Part shown: piece after piece, positions 24,791 through 34,298 of the stretch
Layout of the letters: each line of letters starts with the position of its first letter
Numbering within the stretch: the stretch's first letter is position 1
Notes under the pieces: model-generated
Database searches by the model: none
What the model saw: the letters and a program-made list of their open reading frames with translations, nothing else
What the model was told of the DNA's origin: nothing
Translations under genes and position numbers: made by a program
IMG/VR virus record: IMGVR_UViG_3300042402_000298
Span: 1-55,719 of that record
Length of the DNA: 55,719 bases
Strand: one strand, 5' to 3'
Source: a virus
Taxonomy: Duplodnaviria; Caudoviricetes

Positions 24791-27373
24791 CTAAATTCTT
24801 CTAAGTGCTGCCAGCCCACCACGGGCAAACATTTGCGGCTCCATCATCCCTTCAAAACGAGGCAGAACCGCGATCCCTAAACCCGTGTCACCCATTGCAT
24901 CTTTTTCATCACCACCCTGCCCAGAGAGCCGCTTGTACTGCGCATACCGTTGGGCAGGGGTCATCGGCATCGCTGTTGACAGCGCCATCATCTGACCCGT
25001 TTTTACCGCCTCATCTACCAGCGGGAATTCCTGCGTAGCAAGTTTTTCGTCTGGCAGAACTGGGAATTCCTCGCCAGCTACTTGGGTGTACATTTTCTGC
25101 GAAAGTTCATAATTTGCAAGCGCATCTCGCGCCGCTTGAACGGTTTCTGGCGTATTGGCAGATTGTAAAGCCACTAGCGCTTCATTGGCAGCGACTTTGG
25201 CTTGATTCATCTGGTATCTCAGGTTCTGCCCAAGCGGTTGCCCTCTGGCTGCGCTTAACTCTTGTAAAGCAGCTAAATCTTTAGCCCCTGTACCCGGCAA
25301 AGTTACCTTTAAACCTTGCCCAGCCTCGGATGGCAAGAGAGATTGAGATAAGCTGTACTTAGCCGATAACGCTTCAGTTTGGGCTGTTGCTGCTGCAGCA
25401 ATGTTTTCAGGCGTTGGATCAGCCTGTGCCTTAGCCATCAAGTCATTTGCTTTGGCTTCGGCGGCATCCAAGGCTGACTGCAGATTAGTCAATGCCTCGC
25501 CAGAAAATGGCGAATCTTTACCCGCACCAGCAGACAACAAACCCGTCAAATCACGCAAGTCTTGCGTAGGTAGCTTTAACAAAGATTGACTGAACTCTTT
25601 GCTTTCGGGTTTAATTGACTCAAAAAACTTTTTTGCCTCAAGAGCGGCGGGCAACTCTGCTTTTTGCGTTGCGCTAATTAGCGTTCGCAAATCACCAGTA
25701 ACTGCAGCATTCTTTAGCTCATCAAGAAATGCGGACTCTTCTGCGACAGAGAAAATGGGTACTTTAGATCCAGCGGGGATCTGAACTCCAGAAGCATCTT
25801 TCAAGACTTGTTGCTTATAAGTCTCTGTGTTTGGGTCGAAAATAATTCGACTGACCGCCCCGTTTTGGTAGGTTACATCTCTGGCTTGAAAAACTTCACC
25901 TTGCTCATTTTTTACATTATAAATATCACCAACAGATTGGGTTTCTGGTGAATACCTTAAGTATCCAGACGAAAACAACAATGGGTCTTGCTCAGAAGCC
26001 TTCGAAGTGTTTACATCAATAACGGTTTTGCCACCAACCTCAGAGCCTTCAAGTGCTGCTAATTTTTGACCGTATTGAGGATAGTACGGCGTAGCTCCCT
26101 CAATTGATGCAGTGCCATCTGCTTTTTTCTTTACCGATTCCGCCTCAATCTTACGCCTTGCCTCATCCATCTCTGAATCGGCAAAACTAGACAATGCATT
26201 AAACATCGCCTGCTCAGGGGACTGACCAGCAGATATTGCCTGCGTGTATTCACCAGTAGCACGACCAATCGCAGCACTATCACTTGCCTTGGCAACACCA
26301 GCAGCGGTTACGCCACCCACAAAACCAGCAGCACCAGATTTGGCTACATCTTGACCGGTTACTTGCGCGTAAGTTGCCTGCTTAAAGGCATTCTCAATGC
26401 CAGCGTTGAGAACCTCATTTGATGAGGTCGCTTTGACTGCCTTCAAAACATCTGGAACTTGACTTGCCGCGACCGTACCAACAATGCTTTTTAAAACGTC
26501 CTCAGGTTTGGCGCCTTGAACAAGAGCAGCAGTTGCGTTAATACCAATTTGGTAGGGAAGAGACAGGCCACCGGTAACAATTGAAAAACCAGCGTTTGTA
26601 ATAAATGGCAATGCTTTGCCAACAAAGCCCAAAATGCCAGAAGCATTTTTTCTTTCAATATCAGAGTATGCGTTGTAATTAAACGTGTAATCAGCTACAG
26701 CTTGATCAGTAAGAATTTTTGCTGAGTCCTCAATTGAAAACCCAGCAGTTGCAGCTCGCTTAACAATTGTTTCAATCTCTTTTTTTAACGCCTCTTTGTT
26801 TGCCTCTCTTATCTCCAAAGCCTTTGGTGTTGGCTTGTTTCTTCCAAAGTCATCTGGGTTTATAAACAGATTGTAATAATTACTTCCAAGAGCCTTTAAC
26901 TCATTAGTGAAAAATGTTTTTGGGTTGTCGTAAAATGTTTTTGCTTCAACAGCATTGTTTTCAACAAAAAAATTCTCAGAAGGGAGCTTTGTTCCAGTTC
27001 TTTTTTCAACAGCATCTTGCGAATAATAATTTTGATAAGCGTCAGCAATTTCTGTAGGAGATGAATACCAGCGAGCCGCTGCTTGCTGCGTATCTCCACT
27101 AACAAAATTTTCTGGGCCAAACGCTTGAGAATAAGCATTTGCACCAACAAAACTACGTTGATTTACATTAAATGCATTAGCCAAAGTTTGAGGCTCAACA
27201 TTTACCCCGCGACTTTTTAAAATATCAGAAGCCTTCTTTGCTACCTCTTGTGTGTTTTTATTTTTTTCATTCCTAATAGACCTTTGATTGTAAGAACTGT
27301 TTGGTCTAATAGCGCCCTGCGCAACAGTTAACGAAGGCGGAGTAACATAAGGATTAATCGTAGTCGTAGCCAT
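24791..27373 (-). CDS. Large putative ejection protein
   Basis: 860 aa; hydrophobic Gly-rich central segment; ends MFARGGLAALRRI. Confidence 0.6.
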   Translation of the reverse strand: MATTTINPYVTPPSLTVAQGAIRPNSSYNQRSIRNEKNKNTQEVAKKASDILKSRGVNVEPQTLANAFNVNQRSFVGANAYSQAFGPENFVSGDTQQAAARWYSSPTEIADAYQNYYSQDAVEKRTGTKLPSENFFVENNAVEAKTFYDNPKTFFTNELKALGSNYYNLFINPDDFGRNKPTPKALEIREANKEALKKEIETIVKRAATAGFSIEDSAKILTDQAVADYTFNYNAYSDIERKNASGILGFVGKALPFITNAGFSIVTGGLSLPYQIGINATAALVQGAKPEDVLKSIVGTVAASQVPDVLKAVKATSSNEVLNAGIENAFKQATYAQVTGQDVAKSGAAGFVGGVTAAGVAKASDSAAIGRATGEYTQAISAGQSPEQAMFNALSSFADSEMDEARRKIEAESVKKKADGTASIEGATPYYPQYGQKLAALEGSEVGGKTVIDVNTSKASEQDPLLFSSGYLRYSPETQSVGDIYNVKNEQGEVFQARDVTYQNGAVSRIIFDPNTETYKQQVLKDASGVQIPAGSKVPIFSVAEESAFLDELKNAAVTGDLRTLISATQKAELPAALEAKKFFESIKPESKEFSQSLLKLPTQDLRDLTGLLSAGAGKDSPFSGEALTNLQSALDAAEAKANDLMAKAQADPTPENIAAAATAQTEALSAKYSLSQSLLPSEAGQGLKVTLPGTGAKDLAALQELSAARGQPLGQNLRYQMNQAKVAANEALVALQSANTPETVQAARDALANYELSQKMYTQVAGEEFPVLPDEKLATQEFPLVDEAVKTGQMMALSTAMPMTPAQRYAQYKRLSGQGGDEKDAMGDTGLGIAVLPRFEGMMEPQMFARGGLAALRRI

Positions 27374-27376
27374 TTT

Positions 27377-27622
27377 TTACCTCGGCAATACAGCGCCAAC
27401 CACTGCCTGAGCCCAATCTTGCCAATCATTAAATGGCCCCGGCCCCGGAATAGCTTCGTTCGTGAATACGTCAATGGCTTTCAAGCCTTCTCCCCACTGC
27501 TTCCAATCAGTGTCTGACATTGGAATAGCCAACTGCTGCGTGGCATACAGCTCACACATAAGAGACGCCCACGATTCAAACGAATGGCCTCGTGGGTCGT
27601 AAATAAGCGATACGTTAGCCAT
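27377..27622 (-). CDS. Conserved tail-module protein
   Basis: Trp-rich 81 aa, coupled to the upstream gene. Confidence 0.7.
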   Translation of the reverse strand: MANVSLIYDPRGHSFESWASLMCELYATQQLAIPMSDTDWKQWGEGLKAIDVFTNEAIPGPGPFNDWQDWAQAVVGAVLPR

Positions 27623-29427
27623 TAATAGCCTCTGACATCGCCGATGTTCGCCGACAGTAAGATGCGGCCTAGTTGATAATCGCCATTGGCTACGTTCGAT
27701 ACAACTTTCAAACGTAACTCACGACGCTGCTCACGCATATCAATCTTGCCAGTTGTTGATGTAAATGGATAAGGGTCAGACACAAGATCCTGTTCCTGCG
27801 CATAGGGTCGACCGGTAACATACAGCGACAGCTCGCCGTTTTGTATAAAGTCAGGCTCTACCCGCTCTAAATGCAGCCAGTAGTTCTCACCAACCGCAGA
27901 TGGCTGTGCTGGGCCTCCAGATACCCAACCTAGATCATTGGTCTCGAAGTAACTCTCAATTGCGCTAGTCTGCGCACCACGAATCTCATTTGTGCCAAAC
28001 TCGTGCTGCCACAAAGACACAAAGTTCATTAAATGAGTCAGCGTAATCTTGAAGTTCGTACCACCACCGGGTAATGCATACGTCAGCTCATCACCAATCG
28101 TGTAGCCAGAACCATTTGCAGTAATCGTGACTGAAGTAACAACACCAGCAGAAACGACAATTGTTGCCTTTGCCCCTGATCCAGTGCCGCCAGTCAGAGC
28201 TACATCAGAATAGGTTCCGTTGGTATAACCAGAGCCCGCAGACAAGGTAAACAGGTTAGCCCCACCGGTCTCATTGAAGTGCGTTCCAGCGTTGATTGGG
28301 AACGGGAAGACCTGAGAGAAGAACCCAGCTGAGCGGCGAGCCCCCAAAGCCTGACCAACGTCATACCAAGTGTTCTCACGCACATTGTAGATAATCGCGT
28401 CGTTGCATTCGGTAGAGTCACCTCGAGGATAAAACCACCAGATCTCGCCATAACGAGGCACTTTACTGGCGTATACCTTCTGACGCTGGGCGTAGTTCAA
28501 ATTATCAAAGAACCAGTTCTGGTTCATGACGTTTGGTATTTCTTTGACAACACCGTTGTACATCAGGAACCGGTCAACACCACACCAGTAGTAGATACCG
28601 TCATACTCAATGACCGACTGAGCGGACAGAATCGATGACTGGCTGGAAATGATGTCGTAACGCCAATACAAAGTTGTCGTAGTAACGCCATTTGAAATCG
28701 TAGTGGGGTTGTACGACACACGGATAAGCGAATCAAGCGACCAGAAGAGCCCAGAAGGCGAGTTTGAGCCGCCCCGTACTGGTAGCCCCTGAACGATCTT
28801 CGTGCCCGCTACGTTCGTCTCATTGGCGTCAGCGCCCGACCAATCCGTAGGATCTCCCGCGGCGCAGTTCTTAATCAGCCCGTCATTACCGTAGACAAAA
28901 AGATAAGGATGCAGAACAACCACCCCACCGCTTACCGATACTGGGTTTACCCCATCAAGCACCGCGGTCATACTTGTGCCCGCTAAATTGCCAATTAGGA
29001 CAGGTGAGTTTGTCGGGTTTGCAATGTCGTTAAGGTTCTGCCCCGGATGGGCTACCAGCGACTCCGTGCCGCCGCCAGTGGTGTCGTACAGCGTGTCAAA
29101 CTGCCACAGGTTATTGTCACTGGGCGTAAAGTTTGACAGCGTAAAGTTGCTGATACCGGCACCTGCGCCGTTATTGTCAATCGGGATGACTTGTAAGCCG
29201 TCCGAGTAGCCACTGAAAACAAAGTTAAAGTTGCTTTGGACGTTGACGTAAATACCCCGCGAAGGGCCAGCCAGATTCCCCGTAATCTGACGGTAGCCAA
29301 GAATCTTACGAGGGCGACCACGCTGAAAGCGTACCCAACGCCCGTCGTTGTAAAACTGCTTGTCAAAGACAGTACCGTCTCGCTGAATTCCCGGCTTGGT
29401 GTCTAAAGCAAAGACGCGCTTTGTCAT
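27622..29427 (-). CDS. Tail nozzle / DNA stabilisation protein (P22 gp10 / T7 gp12-like)
   Basis: Beta-propeller-like repeats, KPGI..WVRF..EIWWFYP; size and position. Confidence 0.7.
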   Translation of the reverse strand: MTKRVFALDTKPGIQRDGTVFDKQFYNDGRWVRFQRGRPRKILGYRQITGNLAGPSRGIYVNVQSNFNFVFSGYSDGLQVIPIDNNGAGAGISNFTLSNFTPSDNNLWQFDTLYDTTGGGTESLVAHPGQNLNDIANPTNSPVLIGNLAGTSMTAVLDGVNPVSVSGGVVVLHPYLFVYGNDGLIKNCAAGDPTDWSGADANETNVAGTKIVQGLPVRGGSNSPSGLFWSLDSLIRVSYNPTTISNGVTTTTLYWRYDIISSQSSILSAQSVIEYDGIYYWCGVDRFLMYNGVVKEIPNVMNQNWFFDNLNYAQRQKVYASKVPRYGEIWWFYPRGDSTECNDAIIYNVRENTWYDVGQALGARRSAGFFSQVFPFPINAGTHFNETGGANLFTLSAGSGYTNGTYSDVALTGGTGSGAKATIVVSAGVVTSVTITANGSGYTIGDELTYALPGGGTNFKITLTHLMNFVSLWQHEFGTNEIRGAQTSAIESYFETNDLGWVSGGPAQPSAVGENYWLHLERVEPDFIQNGELSLYVTGRPYAQEQDLVSDPYPFTSTTGKIDMREQRRELRLKVVSNVANGDYQLGRILLSANIGDVRGY

Positions 29428-30662
29428 GTAAACACTCCGCCCGAAACACCATTGGTGAATGTGCCTGAACCAGTCACGCTAAAACCTGTCGCCCCAAATG
29501 CCGCTACCTGAATACCCAAAATAGATACCGCCATTTGACCGGCGCCCGGACGATAAATACCCGTCGAGGTCTCTAGCGCAAAGTTCAACGCAGGCGTAGA
29601 TACCGAACCGTTAATCAGGCTGATCGCAGTAGCACCCGCCTGTACTGTGTTGGCATTTAAGAAGTTCGTGCCGTCGCAAATTACAGTAACCTGCTGACCT
29701 GCCGGAACAACTGCATTCGCGCCACCTACAACGCCAGTGGTGATTGTCAAAGAGTAACCGTTATCAACCGTCTGGTTAGAGATAACGTACAGGTTTACCG
29801 CAGGCGGATACTGTGCGGTGACGTTACCCGACAAGGTGCCAACGTACTCTTGAATCGTGTTCGAGGCTTCGCTTGGGGTGATAACGTAGGTACCAGTCGT
29901 GACAGGCTTAACTAGCGCGTTAAAGACAAAGTTTGAGCTTTGTCCATAGCCAACCGTCACAAAGCCCGAGCCAGTACAAACAATCAGCGCAGACTCATCG
30001 GGTGCAAAGTTTTTCGTTGCGCTGCCGTCAATCTCTTCGGAACCGGCGCAGGAAATTGCCAGCGTACCAGTCCCGTTGTTTTTGAATAGGCAGAACCAGT
30101 TATCCCCAAGGGAAACCGCTGTCGGCAGGTTAGCCGTGCCTGCGCCACCACCCCAGATCTTAGTCTGCGCACGATCAGTCGAGTTGAACGTATACCCAGT
30201 CGCAAATGACGACGTAGGGTGGCTTTGGTTGAGCGTATTCGAGATCGCTAACAGGCCATAACCTGCCAAGGTGCTGGCATTTGCATTTGCGGTAGTAGCA
30301 CCAAAGGCAATAACGCCCCAAGTGCCTGCAGCGTCAGCGTTGTCTGTAATGTAAATGTACTCAGACTTGCCAGCCTCAACGGTGCAGATTACCCCGCCGT
30401 CATTGTCTAAAACGTCAAAGTTGTAGGCGCTCGGATTGTTGAACAGAGCATCCTGACCCACAGAGACTTGATCCGCAGGCGGCATAGTGAGCGTTCTGCT
30501 TGCAGCGTTCGGCGTCACATCCATGATCCGAGCTGCGACCGTGTCCGTCTCCGTCGCAAAGAAAGGCCACACCAGCTCGATATTCGAGGTTAGGGCAATG
30601 TCCTGATAGCTAACGTCAGTCGGGATGATGACGTTGCCTGTAAATGGGCTTGTGTAGGTCAT
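29424..30662 (-). CDS. Tail structural protein or fibre base
   Basis: Beta-rich Thr/Gly/Ser composition; C-terminal TGIYRPGAG motif. Confidence 0.65.
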   Translation of the reverse strand: MTYTSPFTGNVIIPTDVSYQDIALTSNIELVWPFFATETDTVAARIMDVTPNAASRTLTMPPADQVSVGQDALFNNPSAYNFDVLDNDGGVICTVEAGKSEYIYITDNADAAGTWGVIAFGATTANANASTLAGYGLLAISNTLNQSHPTSSFATGYTFNSTDRAQTKIWGGGAGTANLPTAVSLGDNWFCLFKNNGTGTLAISCAGSEEIDGSATKNFAPDESALIVCTGSGFVTVGYGQSSNFVFNALVKPVTTGTYVITPSEASNTIQEYVGTLSGNVTAQYPPAVNLYVISNQTVDNGYSLTITTGVVGGANAVVPAGQQVTVICDGTNFLNANTVQAGATAISLINGSVSTPALNFALETSTGIYRPGAGQMAVSILGIQVAAFGATGFSVTGSGTFTNGVSGGVFT

Positions 30663-30664
30663 GA

Positions 30665-31297
30665 TTAGCTATCCTGTGCAACCGCCTGACGGTCGCCGAG
30701 ACGTTGAATGTTTTCAGTCTTCAGTTGTGCCACGATCTTATCGTACTGGGCTTGCCACAAAGGCAATCGCTCATCGTTCTTAAGGAACGGCATCGCCTGC
30801 AGTAACGACCCATAAAGCATGGCTTGAGGCGCATACTGGGTAAACCAGTTCTGCTGATTGGTCGCATCTAAGGGCTGGACTTCTTCGTAGTACATCACCT
30901 CAAAAGTGTAGGTATCGTCAGGCGTAGGCGCCACCAACCAATGAGAGTAGTCATAGTCCCCGTAGTACCGTGGAACGCCTTCCTCCGCGTCGTCAGCCCA
31001 ATACTGGCGCATGTATTCGTATGTCCTCAGAAAGACCGGCTGGCGCTCTCCAGCGACCGTGACGTTCATCGACACCGTCTTACGCCACCGCGCAGGCTTC
31101 GTGATTACCGCGTTGCCAGCAACCATTGTCGATTGATTAACAGTCAGGTTGCCAAGAAACTTGATCTCGCTTGCTAAGACTTGCTCAGCCAGCATGATGA
31201 AGGTAGGTATCTTATTCAGAGTTGCGGTGTCTGTACGCTCCAGATAGCTGGAGATGTCGTTGTACAGCGAGTTGTAGGTCATTGAGACAGCCATCAC
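30665..31297 (-). CDS. Head-tail adaptor protein
   Basis: MTYNSL..YLERTD..FIMLAE..APTPD..NW..AMLYGSL pattern. Confidence 0.7.
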   Translation of the reverse strand: MMAVSMTYNSLYNDISSYLERTDTATLNKIPTFIMLAEQVLASEIKFLGNLTVNQSTMVAGNAVITKPARWRKTVSMNVTVAGERQPVFLRTYEYMRQYWADDAEEGVPRYYGDYDYSHWLVAPTPDDTYTFEVMYYEEVQPLDATNQQNWFTQYAPQAMLYGSLLQAMPFLKNDERLPLWQAQYDKIVAQLKTENIQRLGDRQAVAQDS

Positions 31298-31770
31298 TTT
31301 TCCTTATTCAGCTTCACTACCGCGTCGTATTGGGCGTAGCACTGCTTGAGGGCGATGCGGATTTCGTCGGCTTCTCGGGCGAGTCCGACAACCACCTCGC
31401 TATCCTGTCGGTAAAGCTCTCTTGGGGTACATCCACCCGCGCCAGATTGGGCGGCACTGGACACGGCACCGATAGCGGTGGGGCGCTCCGGCCTACTGCG
31501 CAGGCTGTTAACAAGGGCAGTATTCCTAGCAGCAAGCTCACGCGTCTCACGATCCTTCTCCTGTCGTAGTTGGTCAGCACTTAGCTGCAACGCCTGCTGT
31601 CTCTCAATAGACTCTCGTAGCGCCTTATTGTGCGCCTCCTGCTGCTGCAGCCGCTCGGCATCCCACTCTGCCTTGACCTCGGATTTACCCGCAGAGTTGC
31701 CTTTATAATACCCGCCCCCAGCCGCCGCGCCAACAGCCAAAACGAAGCCCAGAATCAGCCAAGGGTTCAT
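31294..31770 (-). CDS. Rz: i-spanin (Rz-like)
   Basis: N-terminal TM, coiled coil, C-terminal Cys; follows the endolysin. Confidence 0.8.
   Translation of the reverse strand: MNPWLILGFVLAVGAAAGGGYYKGNSAGKSEVKAEWDAERLQQQEAHNKALRESIERQQALQLSADQLRQEKDRETRELAARNTALVNSLRSRPERPTAIGAVSSAAQSGAGGCTPRELYRQDSEVVVGLAREADEIRIALKQCYAQYDAVVKLNKEK
31317..31550 (-). CDS. Rz1: Embedded o-spanin lipoprotein (Rz1-like)
   Basis: GTG 31550 with SD AGGAGAAGG; signal RRVSLLLGILPLLTA-C lipobox; Pro-rich; fully nested in Rz in another frame. Confidence 0.8.
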   Translation of the reverse strand: MRRVSLLLGILPLLTACAVGRSAPPLSVPCPVPPNLARVDVPQESFTDRIARWLSDSPEKPTKSASPSSSATPNTTR

Positions 31771-32252
31771 TTGGGCGCCATGAAGTAAAGCGCAATCTCA
31801 TCGTTGCGGCGCTTCACCAGACCCGGCAAAACCTTGCCACCCGCCTTAGTGAACTTTAAGAACTCTTGCCTTACACCTTCAAAGTCCCCGCGGTTATGCT
31901 TCTGCCGCAAAGTCGACCTCTGAAGGGTGCCTAGCCCAACATTGAATGCAAAGCTGACCAACGCTCCCATGCGATTTTCGTTAAGATGGTCAGGGCAGTA
32001 ACGAAGAACACCAGCGATAAAACGCTGTAGGTCTTTCTCAAGGATCGAATCAACTTCTTCTTTGCTAAATACACGGAAGTCCTCCACCTTAAGCGCAAAC
32101 TTGTCACGCTGATCTATCGGCATCTTGCCCTGCTCGGGGTACAGCACATGCCCCACGCCAATCGTCCACAACTTAGCCGGGCACTTGTACGGCTTGTATC
32201 GGACACCTTCATGATGTTTTATGCAAGCGATAACTGCATTAGAGAGTCGCAT
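31767..32252 (-). CDS. Endolysin, GH24 lysozyme
   Basis: HEG..YKC..WTIGVGH (E-x8-C-x5-T), ALVSFAFNVG, GLVKRR; start revised to 32252. Confidence 0.9.
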   Translation of the reverse strand: MRLSNAVIACIKHHEGVRYKPYKCPAKLWTIGVGHVLYPEQGKMPIDQRDKFALKVEDFRVFSKEEVDSILEKDLQRFIAGVLRYCPDHLNENRMGALVSFAFNVGLGTLQRSTLRQKHNRGDFEGVRQEFLKFTKAGGKVLPGLVKRRNDEIALYFMAPK

Positions 32253-32784
32253 GTTTACACCTATCAAAATGCCATCTTTGCATAGCGCCTTGGCCCCCAG
32301 TTTTAGCGCAATAGGGGCAAGCAACTACAATCCTTTTAACATCTTTTAAATGTAAGTTTGTCCTGCCCTTTGCCGCCTCTGACAACCGCCTTCTATGTGT
32401 TTCAGAAAAGGTAATTTTTTTGCCAAACATGGGATTTTTATCCCCCATTTTGGCTGCAGCAATATTTCTTCTGTATTCGTCAGACCTTAACTTTCCTTTT
32501 GGGCTTGGCGGAACCCCGCCGCCTTTACAAATATTCCAACCAATATTGGGCCACGGCCTTAACAACAACTCAATTTGCTTGGCAACTTCAAAAGTAACAT
32601 TTTGAGCTATTACCAAAAATTTAACCTTGTCACCATATTTTTTTAATGCGTTCCTCAAATGAGCATTTGATTGCTTTCTGTTCCAACCATGCTGCGAAAA
32701 GCGCAACTCTAAATTTTTGGTGATGCCAACATACCCGCCATATAGGTTATCGCTAATAGCAATGTGATAAACCGCGTATGTCAT
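32239..32784 (-). mobile_element. Free-standing GIY-YIG homing endonuclease with NUMOD3-like motif
   Basis: AVYHI..YVGIT..RF..H; GDKNPMFGKK..SETHRRRLS; visibly AT-richer than its neighbours. Confidence 0.8.
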
Positions 32785-33293
32785 TTACCAGCCTTAGAGT
32801 TACCGCGTGAGCCGAACCACATAGCGATGATGGTACCCAGCAAGGCCATCTCATCAGCGTCAAAGACGATCTCCATGATCTGAATCAGCTCACCAATCGA
32901 GGTCACCTTGTCGCCGTGCATAAAGATCCACAGCATGGTCAAGAGGTTGATCAGCACCAGCTCAAACACGAAGATGAAGGTGACGAACGGGCGGGTAGCC
33001 GCGGTCATGTCCTTAACCCACTGGGAGGACGACTCCAGCATCTTTTCTTGGTTGTTGTAGATAGCGGCGGTCTGCGCCATGTACTGCTGATGGTCTTGCT
33101 CATCGTTCTCGCGCACTTCTTCGGTCTTGTCCGACGGCGAGTAGCCCTTCTCGGTCAGGGCAAGTTGCTGACGCATCTGCATGTGCAGGATGTCAAGCTC
33201 GTGCTTCTTGTCTGCGCGGTCTTGCAGGATGTCAAACAGTCTTGGGAAAAGAGCGACGATGTAGCCGCCAATGGTAGAGATTAACGTCAACAT
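32781..33293 (-). CDS. Holin-like membrane protein
   Basis: Three hydrophobic segments, RPFVTF and MWFGSR motifs; in the lysis cluster. Confidence 0.65.
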   Translation of the reverse strand: MLTLISTIGGYIVALFPRLFDILQDRADKKHELDILHMQMRQQLALTEKGYSPSDKTEEVRENDEQDHQQYMAQTAAIYNNQEKMLESSSQWVKDMTAATRPFVTFIFVFELVLINLLTMLWIFMHGDKVTSIGELIQIMEIVFDADEMALLGTIIAMWFGSRGNSKAGK

Positions 33294-33302
33294 GATGGCT
33301 CC

Positions 33303-33608
33303 TTATTTACCGTATAACCGCTCTTCTAGAATCTCTTTGCGCAGTTGGCGCATCTTCTTCGCTTCATACACCGCAGCCTGCGTGGCGTAATGTAAGTCGT
33401 AAAGCATAAAACCGATGATAGGCATCACGATGAAGAAGCAAAGCAGCACAGCCATTACCGTAATCAGTAGTGACCAAGGGATGTTCTCATCATCGCGCTT
33501 CTGGTTGTCAGAAACATTACCAGAACCCCCCACAGAATTACGAAAACGGCCGCTGAAATCCATGTTGCCTTTGCCCTGACCTCCTCCATTCTTTTTCTGC
33601 GTCGCCAT
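33303..33608 (-). CDS. Membrane protein overlapping the upstream gene
   Basis: TM helix; start uncertain. Confidence 0.55.
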   Translation of the reverse strand: MATQKKNGGGQGKGNMDFSGRFRNSVGGSGNVSDNQKRDDENIPWSLLITVMAVLLCFFIVMPIIGFMLYDLHYATQAAVYEAKKMRQLRKEILEERLYGK

Positions 33609-34153
33609 CGTGCCATTTGGATCAGTTTAAGCTCTTCTGCGTGTGCTTCTTCTTGCTCCGCGATAATGGTCTCCCACATCTCAGAGAACTTGCCCCAAAG
33701 TGAGCCCAATTCCGGCGGGCTCTTAAACACCATGGTTTCGCGTATCTCCGCCAGCATCGCATCTAATCGCGTCGTAATGATGATGCGCCTTAGTGCCCTG
33801 CGACCGATGCTCTCCTCCCCTCGGTACACTTTCTTGCCTTCCATCTGCTCAGCCAACAACGCTTTACTCAATGCGTCATAGGCATCCATCAACTTGCCTA
33901 GCTGCTCCCCAATCTCGGTGTAAACATCGTTAGGGTCTGCTTTTGCTACCTCCTGCACTCTCTGTATCTCAGAGTGAAGCTGCTGCTTCTGCGCAGGTGT
34001 TGGATCGACAATCTTGTCATACTGAGCTTTCAAATCATCGATGACATCTTTTGCCTCTCCGGCTACGCTCTTAATTTCCTTGTACAACTCGCAGCCCTTA
34101 CGAACCGCAGCGACCGCGGCATTTGCAGCAGCGAGTAGGGTTAGCGGGTCAAT
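33464..34153 (-). CDS. Coiled-coil protein with C-terminal TM; probable ATT start
   Basis: Frame extends 22 codons above the track start to ATT 34153 (IDPLTLLAAANAAV), preceded by in-frame TAA and SD GGAGG. Confidence 0.7.
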   Translation of the reverse strand: MDPLTLLAAANAAVAAVRKGCELYKEIKSVAGEAKDVIDDLKAQYDKIVDPTPAQKQQLHSEIQRVQEVAKADPNDVYTEIGEQLGKLMDAYDALSKALLAEQMEGKKVYRGEESIGRRALRRIIITTRLDAMLAEIRETMVFKSPPELGSLWGKFSEMWETIIAEQEEAHAEELKLIQMARWRRRKRMEEVRAKATWISAAVFVILWGVLVMFLTTRSAMMRTSLGHY

Positions 34154-34298
34154 TTACTTCCTCCGGCTTTGGCGGCACTTGCTCGTTAAACTGTGCTACC
34201 AGCTTCTGCCACAGAGGATGCGCTCCTGACTGCGTTGGCAGGTTGCCGATTACCTGTACGATAAACTGCGCTTCGTTTTGGTCTAGTTCGAATTTCAT
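34149..34298 (-). CDS. 49-aa protein (MKFELDQNEAQFIVQVIGNLP...), not in ORF track
   Basis: ATGA overlap with the fibre gene. Confidence 0.7.
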   Translation of the reverse strand: MKFELDQNEAQFIVQVIGNLPTQSGAHPLWQKLVAQFNEQVPPKPEEVN

